Positions 31,491 to 40,443 of a stretch of DNA of 64,000 nt are shown here, piece after piece; positions within the stretch are counted from its first letter, which is position 1, and the number at the start of each line of letters is the position of its first letter. The DNA lies in assembly GCA_963754485.1 (NCBI GenBank), contig CAVWFY010000011.1, positions 156,833-220,832 on the forward strand, given 5' to 3'. Under the pieces are notes generated by a model that worked only from the letters and a program-made list of their open reading frames with translations, was not told where the DNA came from and did no database searches. This stretch comes from an uncultured Chloroflexia bacterium (GTDB lineage Bacteria > Chloroflexota > Limnocylindria > Limnocylindrales > CSP1-4). The position numbers were made by a program, and so were the translations under genes.

Positions 31491-31517
31491 CCGTTATCGT
31501 TCCCGTTAGCGTTCACG
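31491..31517. promoter_or_regulatory. Second copy of the operator-like element (CCGTTATCGTTCCCGT + TAGCGTTCACG) in the araD / LacI divergent region
   Basis: Shares a 16-mer with the 29128 site and contains AGCGTTCAC, the reverse complement of the GTGAACGCT half-site. Confidence 0.4.
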
Positions 31518-31584
31518 CTACCACATCGACGCAACGCCGAGACCGGCCCCAGACGTCTTCGGCCACACGAGGAGCGCCAACATC

Positions 31585-32718
31585 TTGCACCGGCAGCACA
31601 GGGTGACGATCAAGGAGATCGCCGCGATGACGGGCGTCTCCACGCAGACCGTCTCCCGCGTGATCAACAACCGCCCCGATGTCTCACCGGAGACACGACG
31701 GGCCGTTGAGGCCGCCATCGCGGAGCACGGGTTCCAGCCCAGCGCGGTCGCCCGGAGCCTCGTCCAGCGGCGTTCGCAGATGCTGGGCGTCATCGTCGCC
31801 GGACTCAAGTACTTCGGCGTCGCCCAGACCGTGAACGGGATGGCGGAGGCCACGGAGGCCGCCGGCTACTCGATCATCCTCAAGGAGCTGGGCAGCTTCG
31901 ACCTGCCGGACATCGTCCCGGTCGTGGAGTTCTTCGTCGCGCATCGGGTGGAGGGGATCATCTTCGCGCCGCCCCAGATGGGCGCCAACATCCGCCACCT
32001 GCAGGAGCAGCTGCCGCCTTCGACCCCGCCGGTGATCTTCCTCAAGGCCGAGCCGAGCGAGCGGTTCCAGTCGATCGGGATCGACAACGTGGAGGCCGCC
32101 CGGGTCGCCACCCGCCACCTCCTTGCGCTGGGCCGCACGCGGGTCGCGCACCTGGCCGGACCGCTGGAGTGGCGCGAGGCCCGCGACCGTCGCGACGGCT
32201 GGCTTGACGCGCAGGCCGAGGCGGGCCTGGAGCCCGGGCCGATGGCCGTCGGCGACTGGACGTCCGCCAGCGGCGCCGCCGCGTTCGCCCGGATCCTGGA
32301 GGCGGACCCGACGGTGGACGCGTTGTTCGCCGCGAGCGATCAGATGGCCCTGGGCGCCATGCACGTCGCCAATGCACGCGGGATCCGCATCCCGGAACAG
32401 CTGGCCGTCGTGGGCTTCGACGGGATCCCGGAGGCGGCGGAGTTCACGCCGTCACTGACCACCATCCGCCAGCCGCTCCAGGAGATCGGCAGGCTCGCCG
32501 TACAGGAGCTGGTGGCCAGCTTCGAGTCCGAGACCGGGCCTGTCGCGCGGACCATCACGCTGCCAACGGAGCTCGTGCTCGGCGACAGCGCTCCGATGCC
32601 GATGGTCGCGGGGACAGCCGGGGCTAGCGGCACCGGGGCGACCGGGGCCGGGGCGACCGGGGCATCTGCGACCCGACCCGCCCGTCGCGAGGCCCGCTCG
32701 GTGCCGGCTGCGACCTGA
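31585..32718 (+). CDS. LacI-family transcriptional regulator (probable arabinose-locus repressor)
   Basis: HTH IKEIAAMTGVSTQTVSRVIN and periplasmic-binding-like core; divergent from araD. Confidence 0.85.
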   Translation: MHRQHRVTIKEIAAMTGVSTQTVSRVINNRPDVSPETRRAVEAAIAEHGFQPSAVARSLVQRRSQMLGVIVAGLKYFGVAQTVNGMAEATEAAGYSIILKELGSFDLPDIVPVVEFFVAHRVEGIIFAPPQMGANIRHLQEQLPPSTPPVIFLKAEPSERFQSIGIDNVEAARVATRHLLALGRTRVAHLAGPLEWREARDRRDGWLDAQAEAGLEPGPMAVGDWTSASGAAAFARILEADPTVDALFAASDQMALGAMHVANARGIRIPEQLAVVGFDGIPEAAEFTPSLTTIRQPLQEIGRLAVQELVASFESETGPVARTITLPTELVLGDSAPMPMVAGTAGASGTGATGAGATGASATRPARREARSVPAAT

Positions 32719-32766
32719 CCCCGGCGCTCCGGCCCGTGCCATGGGCTGGCCGCCCTGCCCTCGGCG

Positions 32767-33460
32767 CTACCCGTCGAGCGCGGCCGCCTCCACGCAGCAG
32801 GCGACGACGCCCAGACGGGCCAGCCGATCGAATGTCGCGCGACGGCGCACCGTCCAGGCTGCCACCTCGAGGCCGGCCTCCCGCGCACGCACGATCGAGG
32901 GCGGGGTGATTGCGCCCCACAGGACGGAGACCGCGCGACAGCCCAGGTCAACCGCCAGCGAGAGCGTCGCGGGCGAGAGATCCTCCGCGTTGAGCCAGCG
33001 GGTCCACCCCGGCAGGCGGTCCCGCATCACGACGAGCGTCGTCGGCTCGAAGGACGAGACCACCGCCGTCGACGGTGCCTCGCCGCGAGCCGAGCGCATG
33101 ACGGCCGCCGTGACCTCTCCATGACCGTCTCCCTTGAGCTCGATGTCCATCCAGGCCTTCGGGAGCGCGGCGAGCACGTCGTCGAGGCGCGGAATCCCGT
33201 GACCGGCGAGCTCCGAGGTCTCGACGCGGTCCACGCCCAGCGGCACGTGCTGGACGCGCTCGAGCGTCGCATCGTGGAGCAGGACCGGGACGCCGTCGCG
33301 TGACAGGCGGACGTCAAGCTCCACGCCATGGCAGCCAGGAATTCCTCGTCGCAGCAAGCAGCGCCTCGAGCGTGTTCTCCGGGGCGACCCGCCAGTCGCC
33401 GCGGTGCGCGAGCCGAAGGGGCCGCCGCCCCTCCCCGGGTCCAGCCCCGAGCCGGGTCAC
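32767..33460 (-). pseudogene. Glycerophosphodiester phosphodiesterase (GDPD) family gene interrupted by one +1 frameshift near 33330-33350
   Basis: N-terminus LAHRGDWRVAPENTLEALLAA in one frame and GVELDVRLSRDGVPVLLHD in another; span is 3n+1; the shift lies in a gagg context. Confidence 0.6.
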
Positions 33461-33476
33461 CCGCGGCCCCAGCGGG

Positions 33477-34235
33477 TCACCCGTCGGCCTTGCCGACGAC
33501 CACGTGCGCGGCGACGCCCACGTGGTCCGACGGGTACAGCGTGGGATCGCCGACGGCCGGGCGGTCGAAGACCAGGCGGGCATCCTCGGCGCGGACGGCG
33601 CCACGCAGCCAGAGGTAGTCCATGCAGCCCGGGTCTCCATCGGTGTCCATGCCGGGGGCGATGAGGCCCGAGGGCCAGGTGACCGCCGGCTCCTCGCCGT
33701 TGGCCTGGACGTACGCCGACGCGAAGCTGGCGGCGGTGATGCGAGCGTACGCCGGCTCGTCGGGCTCCGCATTGAAGTCGCCGGCCACGATGAGCGCGTC
33801 GTGCTCCGGCAGGTCGTCGAGCCACGCGAGGAGGCGATCGACCTGGGCGACCCGGATCTCCTCGTCCGCAGGGACGTGGTGCAGGTGCGTGACCGCGAAG
33901 ACGAGGCGGGCGCCGCCGGGGAGCACGAGCCGCACCCGGTGGGCGGAGCGCGTTGCCCCCAGGTCAAGGCGCTCGGTGTCCGTCGCGCGCAGGGGCTGTC
34001 TGACCAGGAGGCTGTTGCCGTATTCGGGGCGGCCCGCCCAGCCGCGAACGGCCTCGTAGCGGCCCTCACCCGCCGCACCCAGCAGACGGTCCTGCTGCAG
34101 CGGGTAGACGACCTCGTTGAGCCCGAGCAGGTCCGGCTGGAGGGCGGCCATGTCCGCGAGCAGCAGCGGCAGGCGTTCGTCCCAGCGATCGGCCAGGTTG
34201 CGGATGTTGAGGGTCGCGACGAGCAGACGGTCCAC
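33477..34235 (-). CDS. Endonuclease/exonuclease/phosphatase (EEP) family protein
   Basis: LLVATLNIRN N-terminus and PSDHVGV C-terminal motif; GTG start. Confidence 0.75.
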   Translation of the reverse strand: MDRLLVATLNIRNLADRWDERLPLLLADMAALQPDLLGLNEVVYPLQQDRLLGAAGEGRYEAVRGWAGRPEYGNSLLVRQPLRATDTERLDLGATRSAHRVRLVLPGGARLVFAVTHLHHVPADEEIRVAQVDRLLAWLDDLPEHDALIVAGDFNAEPDEPAYARITAASFASAYVQANGEEPAVTWPSGLIAPGMDTDGDPGCMDYLWLRGAVRAEDARLVFDRPAVGDPTLYPSDHVGVAAHVVVGKADG

Positions 34236-34251
34236 GGCAGGCTCCTCGGGG

Positions 34252-35472
34252 TCAGGCGGTGGCCGGCGGCACGGACAGGGGCGGCACGGACAGGGGCGAC
34301 GCGGGCACGAGGATGGGGATGGTCACGGTGAAGGTGGACCCGGCGCCCTCATCGGACTCCACCGCGATCTGGCCGGCGTGGCCCTCCACCACGTGGCGGG
34401 CGATGGCGAGGCCGAGTCCAGTACCGCCGCCCCGCATGCGCGCCCGATCGGCCTTGTAGAACCGCTCGAAGATCCGCGCCCTGTCTGCACGCTTGATGCC
34501 GATGCCGTGGTCCGTGACGCTGAGCTCGATGACGTCGCCCGCGCGCCGGACCGCGACCCGGACCTCCCCGCCGTCTGGGCTGAACTTGATGGCGTTGTGG
34601 ACGAGGTTGACCACGACCTGGCCGAGGCGGGCCTCGTCGCCGCGCACGGTCGGCAGGTCCCGCTCGGTCTCCGTCACGAGCGTGACCCCGCTGCGCTCGG
34701 CGAAGGGGCGGAGGCGCTCGGCGGATGCGGCGGCGAGCTGCGCGAGATCCACGTCGTCCAGGAGGCGCAGCCGGGAGCCACCCTCCATCCGGGCGAGGTC
34801 CAGCATCTCGTTGACCATCTGGACGATATGGCCCGTCTCCACCTCGATGAGCGCGATGCGCTCGCGCATCCGGGGCGGGACGTCGGCGACCTCCGCCTCC
34901 CGGGCGAGGGTCTCGGCGAGCAGGGTGACAGTGGACAGCGGGGTGCGCAGCTCGTGGCCCAGGTTGTCGATGAACTCCGTCCGGATCTGCTGGAGCCGGC
35001 GCAGCTCGGTGACGTCCTCGAGAACCAGGACGAGGTCGTCCGGCGCCAGGCGGTGGGCGCTCACGACGAGAATGCGCGGCTCCGCGGTCCCGGCCCGGTG
35101 CTCCACGGTCGTGGCGCCGCCGACGGGCACGGCGTCCAGCGCCGCCTCGACGCGGACGTCCAGGAACGCCTCCATGACGCTCCGACCCGGCAGGCGCCCG
35201 GAGACGCCGAGCAGAGCGTGAGCCCGCTCGTTCGCGGCGCTGATCCGGTGATCGGTGCCGACGTGCAGGACGCCGACCGGCAGCAGGCCGATGTCGCGCT
35301 GAGACATCGCGCCGGGATCCGTGCCCGCGGCGGCTGCGGGCGCGACTGCCGCTTCCGCCGTCGCAGCCTCCACGATCCGGTCCAGCTCGTCGGTCCGGCG
35401 CCGGATCACGAGCAGCGCGGCCCCCAGCGCGACGGCCAGGCCGATGACGGCGATCCAGGACAGCCCTTCCAT
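34252..35472 (-). CDS. Two-component sensor histidine kinase (TM plus PAS-like plus HisKA plus HATPase_c); no cognate regulator adjacent
   Basis: H-box LGHELRTPL, N-box LVHNAIKFS, G-boxes DHGIGI / GTGLGLAI. Confidence 0.85.
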   Translation of the reverse strand: MEGLSWIAVIGLAVALGAALLVIRRRTDELDRIVEAATAEAAVAPAAAAGTDPGAMSQRDIGLLPVGVLHVGTDHRISAANERAHALLGVSGRLPGRSVMEAFLDVRVEAALDAVPVGGATTVEHRAGTAEPRILVVSAHRLAPDDLVLVLEDVTELRRLQQIRTEFIDNLGHELRTPLSTVTLLAETLAREAEVADVPPRMRERIALIEVETGHIVQMVNEMLDLARMEGGSRLRLLDDVDLAQLAAASAERLRPFAERSGVTLVTETERDLPTVRGDEARLGQVVVNLVHNAIKFSPDGGEVRVAVRRAGDVIELSVTDHGIGIKRADRARIFERFYKADRARMRGGGTGLGLAIARHVVEGHAGQIAVESDEGAGSTFTVTIPILVPASPLSVPPLSVPPATA

Positions 35473-35498
35473 GCGGCCGAGGATCGCACAGCCGAGGG

Positions 35499-36620
35499 TC
35501 AGCGTGCGCGGCGCACGTCCGGCGCCGTGGCGCCGTCACCACCGGCTCCCGCTTCGCCAACGGTGGCGGCCGTCCAGGGAGCGACCAGCGCCGCGTGGAT
35601 CACGGGCGGGAACGCGTGGCGGAGGGCAGTCACGTGGCCGACTCGTGCCGCCAGGCGCCGGGCCCGCGTCGCGACCGCGGGTGCGAGCCCCTCGACCGGA
35701 ACGGCCGCCGCCACGTCCCGCGCCGCGAGCAGGGCGGAGATGCGGAGCGCCTCGTCCTCGTCGCGGTCCAGGGCCTCGGGCCAGGGACGGTCGTCGCCCG
35801 CGATCCCCTGCGACGCGCGGAGGAACGCCGCCAGCTCCGTGCGGGTGAGCACGGCGGCCCGATCGCGCAGGCCCGCCACCTCGCCGCCGTTGGGGCCATA
35901 GCGAGGCTGGTCGATTGACGCGTCCCACGCTCGGAACAGGCGCTCGCGGGCACGCCCGCGGAACGGCTCGGCCAGCAGGTCATCCAGAAAGGGCGCGAGG
36001 ACGAGCTCCGCCGCGACGCCGAGGAGTCCCTCTCGGAGCCCGACCTCCGTCCATCGCTCCGGTGGCACACGCCGCACGAGCTCCACCTCCGCCGCAGCAA
36101 AGGCGCCCCTGGCCTCCGGGGGGAGGAACCGGCGGACGGTGGCCAGGAAGGCGATCGGCGGCGGCTCCGCGGCGGCCAGGCGGTCCAGCTCGTCCGGGTT
36201 CAGCTTCTCCACGCGGGCGAGGAAGCGGGCGACCCGCTCCGCCGGGGTGCCGCGGACGAGGTCCGGTCGCGTGGACCGGCGGCCCCCGGGCGCGGTCGCG
36301 CGCGACCCTGGCTGGCGTGCCCACGGGGTCCGCGAGACGCGCGGGCGGTACCCGGGCCTGCGGGCGCCGCCGCCAGCCGCGGAGGCCGGGCCCAGCCGGT
36401 CGGCGTCGTAGCGGGCGCGCAGCGCCGGGTCGCTCAACCAGTCGTGGGCGACGTTGATCCGCTTCGCGCGGTCGAGGGCGTCCGTGCCGTCGCCGGCGAC
36501 ATCGGGATGGTGCTGCTTGAGCAGCGCGCGCCAGGCTAGCTCGATGGCCTCCGGCGAGGCATCGACCGCCACTTCAAGGCGTGCGTAGAGGTCGTCGTCG
36601 GGGACAAGGGGGGCGGGCAT
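35499..36620 (-). CDS. J-domain (DnaJ N-terminal domain) protein with a 300-aa uncharacterised C-terminal region
   Basis: DLYARLEVAVDASPEAIELAWRALLKQHHPD (HPD motif); ends 27 nt before the sensor-kinase start. Confidence 0.65.
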   Translation of the reverse strand: MPAPLVPDDDLYARLEVAVDASPEAIELAWRALLKQHHPDVAGDGTDALDRAKRINVAHDWLSDPALRARYDADRLGPASAAGGGARRPGYRPRVSRTPWARQPGSRATAPGGRRSTRPDLVRGTPAERVARFLARVEKLNPDELDRLAAAEPPPIAFLATVRRFLPPEARGAFAAAEVELVRRVPPERWTEVGLREGLLGVAAELVLAPFLDDLLAEPFRGRARERLFRAWDASIDQPRYGPNGGEVAGLRDRAAVLTRTELAAFLRASQGIAGDDRPWPEALDRDEDEALRISALLAARDVAAAVPVEGLAPAVATRARRLAARVGHVTALRHAFPPVIHAALVAPWTAATVGEAGAGGDGATAPDVRRAR

Positions 36621-36650
36621 CTCGACGCTCCTCGGCCACCCTCGCCCCGC

Positions 36651-38370
36651 TCAGATGGGCGTGGGAGCGCGACCGGCCAGGAAGGCCTCGACGTCCTCGA
36701 TGGAGCGGACCACCTTCTCGCCGGTCTCGCGGTTCTTGACCTCGATCCCGCCGGCCTCCAGCGAGCGTGGGCTGACGGTGAGGATCCAGGGCATGCCCAG
36801 GAGGTCGGCGTCGGCGAACTTCACGCCCGGGGACTCGTCGCGATCGTCGTACAGGATCTCGTGGCTTGGCCCCGCGGCGGCGGCCAGGTCGTGGAGTCGC
36901 TCCGCGATCACGGTGACCTCGGGGTTCTTGTTGGCGCCGAGCGCGACCAGGTGCGCCGGGTACGGGGCGACCTCGGCGGGCCAGGCGATGCCCCGCTCGT
37001 CGTGGTGGGCCTCGACGATGCAGGCGACGTTGCGCCCGAGGCCGATGCCGTACGAGCCCATGACGATGGGGTGGCGCTCGCCATCCTCGCCCAGGTACTC
37101 GGCACCGAGGGCTCTGGTGTACTTCGTCCCGAGCTTGAAGATGTTGCCGACCTCGATGCCGTTGCGCAGGATCACGGTCCCGCCGCAATCGGGGCAGGCG
37201 TCGCCTTCGCGGACGCTGGCGATGTCGGTGACGATGTCCGGCGTGAAGTCGCGCGGGACGTTGACGTTGCGCAGGTGGAAGCCCGGCCGGTTGGCACCGG
37301 CGACGAGGTTCGCGCTCTTCGCGGCCAGCGCGTCCACGACCACGAGCGCGTCGCGGGCACCTATCGGTGAGCCGTAGCCGGGCTCCATGCCGCGCGCCTT
37401 GATCTCGTCGACCTGGGCCGGGCGCAACCCGCCCACCGCCTTGATCGCGTTGACAAGCTTCGTCTCGTTGACGTCGTGATCGCCCCGGACGATGGCCACC
37501 ACGAACTGGCCGGCACCGGTCACGAAGAAGGTGGCCTTGGCCGTCCTGCTCGTGGGCACGCCGAGGAAGGCGGCCAGGCTGTCGATCGTCGTGGCGTCGG
37601 GCGTCGCGACCTCCTCGATCGCGAGGGGCTCCTCCGCGACCGGGTCCGGCGCCGTCGTCGGCGCGACCTGGCGGTTCGAGGCATAGCCGCAGGACTCGCA
37701 CAGGACGAGCACGTCCTCGCCCGCCGGGTTGAGGAACATGAACTCGTGGGCCAGCGAGCCGCCCATCATCCCGACGTCCGAGGACACGGCCACGGTTGCG
37801 AGGCCCAGGCGCTCGAAGATCCGGGTGTACGCCGCGGTGGTGCGCCCAGTACGCCGTGTCGAGGCCGGCCTCGTCCCGGTCGCAGGTGTAGCTGTCCTTC
37901 ATGACGAACTCGCGGACGCGGATCAGGCCGCCGCGCGACCGGGGCTCGTCGCGGAACTTCGTCTGGAAGTGGTAGACGATGAACGGCAGCTGCCGGTAGC
38001 TCCGCACGATGTCCCGAAGCAGGTCAGCGACGACCTCCTCGTGCGTCATGGCGAGCACCATGTCGCGGTCCGCACGGTCCTTGAAACGGGCCATCTCGGG
38101 GCCGATCGCGTCGTAGCGGCCGGTCTCGCGCCAGAGATCCGCCGGGTGGACCACCGGCATCTCCATCTCCTGCCCGCCGATCGCGTTGAGCTCCTCGCGG
38201 ATCACCTGCTCCACCCGCTTGCTGACGCGGAAGCCCAGCGGCAGCAGCGAGTAGATGCCGGCGCCCAGCTGGCGCACGTAGCCCGCCCGCAGCAGCAGGC
38301 GGTGGGACGGCATCTCCGCCTCGGAGGGATCGTCGCGGAGCGTGGTGAAGAACAGGTTGGAAAGGCGCAT
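36651..38370 (-). pseudogene. proS: Prolyl-tRNA synthetase (bacterial type with editing domain) carrying a single +1 frameshift near 37825-37832; probably a sequencing indel in an essential gene
   Basis: N-terminal 179 aa in one frame (MRLSNLFFTTLRDD...DTAYWAHHR) and the remaining 380 aa (..AYTRIFERLGL...) in another; span is 3n+1; removing one g from cgcggcg restores AHHRAYTRIFERLGL. Confidence 0.85.
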
Positions 38371-38405
38371 GGCGCGAAGGATACCGGGCCGGAGGCGCCG
38401 GGCGG

Positions 38406-39527
38406 TCAGCCCACCGCGAACAGCGCCAGCAGCACCCCGCCCGCCACCGTGCTCGCAACCTGGCCGGCCGCGTTGGCGCCCATCGCGTGCATCAGCGGGA
38501 AGTTCTCGAAGTCGTCCTGCTGTGCGACGCGCTGGACGACGCGTGCCGCCATCGGGAAGGCGCTGATCCCGGCGGCGCCGATGAGCGGGTTGAACGTCCC
38601 GCCCGAGACCGTGTTGATGCCCTTGGCGAACACGATCCCGGCCGCGGAATCCAGCGCGAACGCGAGGATCCCGAGGACCAGGATGGCCAGGGTGCTGGGC
38701 AGGAGGAAGGTCTCGCCCACCATCGTGGAGCCGATGGCGAGCCCCAGGAACAACGTCACGACGTTCGCGATCTCGTTGGCGGACGCGTGGGTCAGGCGCT
38801 CGACGACGAGCGACTCGCGCATGAGGTTGCCCAGCATCAGCGAGCCGACGAGCGGCGTCGCGAACGGGACGAGGATCCCCACCACCATGGTCACCGCCAC
38901 GGGAAAGATGATCCGGGTGCGGCGGCTGACCGTTCGTCCGCCGTAGGTCATCCGGATCTTGCGCTCCTTCTCGGTCGTGAGCAGGCGCATGACCGGCGGC
39001 ATGATCAGCGGCACGAGCGCCATGTAGCTGTAGGCGGCTACGGTGATGGGACCCAGCAGCTGTGGCGCCAGGATCCCGGAGACGTAGATGGAGGTGGGGC
39101 CGTCGATGGCGCCGATGACCCCGATGGACGCCGCCTCGGGCCGGGTGAACCCGATGGCGAGGGCGAGCAGCATCACGGCGAAGATGCCGAACTGGCCCGC
39201 AGCTCCAAGAAGGACCATCTTCGGGTTCTCCAGCAACGGCCCGAAGTCCGTCATCGCGCCGATGCCGATGAAGATCAGCAGCGGGAACAGCTCGTTCTCG
39301 ATGCCCGCCTCGTAGAGGACGGTGAGCAGCCCGTCGGGGCCGATGACCGGGGACAGCGGCAGGTTCGCCAGCAGACAGCCTGCGGCGATGGGCAGGAGCA
39401 GGAGCGGCTCGTAGTCCTTGACGATCGCGAAGTACAGGAGGAGGCCCGCCACCGCGAACATGACCACGGACTGCCAGCTCAGCGCCGTGACCCCTGCGAG
39501 CAGCTGGTCGATCGTCTCCTGGCTCAT
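38406..39527 (-). CDS. Na+-translocating decarboxylase beta subunit (OadB/MmdB/GcdB family)
   Basis: Polytopic membrane protein with typical beta-subunit sequence (FIGIGAMTDFGPLL, NLMRESLVVERL). Confidence 0.85.
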   Translation of the reverse strand: MSQETIDQLLAGVTALSWQSVVMFAVAGLLLYFAIVKDYEPLLLLPIAAGCLLANLPLSPVIGPDGLLTVLYEAGIENELFPLLIFIGIGAMTDFGPLLENPKMVLLGAAGQFGIFAVMLLALAIGFTRPEAASIGVIGAIDGPTSIYVSGILAPQLLGPITVAAYSYMALVPLIMPPVMRLLTTEKERKIRMTYGGRTVSRRTRIIFPVAVTMVVGILVPFATPLVGSLMLGNLMRESLVVERLTHASANEIANVVTLFLGLAIGSTMVGETFLLPSTLAILVLGILAFALDSAAGIVFAKGINTVSGGTFNPLIGAAGISAFPMAARVVQRVAQQDDFENFPLMHAMGANAAGQVASTVAGGVLLALFAVG

Positions 39528-40045
39528 CCCGGGACGTCGCCCAGCCGCACCATGGGGTCGCCGGGACCGACGGGCTGCCCCGCCTCGACCTCGATGGACA
39601 CGACCACGGCGGCACGCGGCGCGCGTATCGTGTTGCGCATCTTCATCGCCTCGAGGACGAGCACCGGGTCACCGCGCTTGAGTACCGCGCCGGGCACGAC
39701 GTGGACCTCGAGGACGACGCCGGGCATGGGCGCGGCCAGCACGTCGGCGCGGGCGCCCCCACTCGCGACGCCCGGCGTGCCCGCGGTGGTCCGTGGGGGT
39801 CGTCCCGGGTCGGCCGGAGGCGGCGCGGACGGGGCGTGCGAGACGGAGGAGACCGCCGCCGGTGCTCGCGGTTCGTCGGGGACCGGCATCACCGGTGAGA
39901 TCACCGCCCCGGGCAGATCCTGGTCGGATTCCAGGGTGGCCTCGAACGTCTGGTCGCCGACGGTGACCTCGAAGCGGTCGGCGGCCGTCTCGATGACGTC
40001 GAGCGTGAAGGGGGTGCCGTCCACGGCGACGGTATAGCGGCGCAC
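39524..40045 (-). CDS. Biotin carboxyl carrier subunit of the decarboxylase
   Basis: Biotinyl-lysine motif LEAMKM near the C-terminus and a Pro/Ala linker; overlaps the beta subunit by 4 nt. Confidence 0.75.
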   Translation of the reverse strand: MRRYTVAVDGTPFTLDVIETAADRFEVTVGDQTFEATLESDQDLPGAVISPVMPVPDEPRAPAAVSSVSHAPSAPPPADPGRPPRTTAGTPGVASGGARADVLAAPMPGVVLEVHVVPGAVLKRGDPVLVLEAMKMRNTIRAPRAAVVVSIEVEAGQPVGPGDPMVRLGDVPG

Positions 40046-40048
40046 GGG

Positions 40049-40438
40049 CTACCTCCGGCGACGCCAGGACTGACCCTGGCGGGTGCGGCCCGCGGCGACC
40101 CAGCGGCTGGCGAACAGCAGGCTGCCCGGCCAGTAGCTGCGCATCGCGGGTGCGGCCTGGAGGCGGCGTGCCTCCTCGTGCCGCAGGATGGCGACGGTGA
40201 TGGCGGCGACCAGCCTGGGGTCCACGTCGCCCGCGCCGACGAGGTGGACGGTGGGCGCGGGGCCGGCGACGGACGACCCGGTGGTCGCGGCGACGGGCGT
40301 CGCGCCGGCCTTCGTGGCCGCTGCGCGCGCATCGAGCTTCATCAGGACGGTGAGCAGGGCCCACACGATCGCGAGCACGGAGAACACGATGGCCATGCCC
40401 ACCAGCGCCGTTCGCAACCCGAAGAGCAGGTCGTCCAT
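40049..40438 (-). CDS. Small membrane-anchored subunit (OadG/MmdD-like) of the decarboxylase
   Basis: Single N-terminal TM helix plus Ala/Pro-rich region; operon position. Confidence 0.5.
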   Translation of the reverse strand: MDDLLFGLRTALVGMAIVFSVLAIVWALLTVLMKLDARAAATKAGATPVAATTGSSVAGPAPTVHLVGAGDVDPRLVAAITVAILRHEEARRLQAAPAMRSYWPGSLLFASRWVAAGRTRQGQSWRRRR

Positions 40439-40443
40439 CGTCG

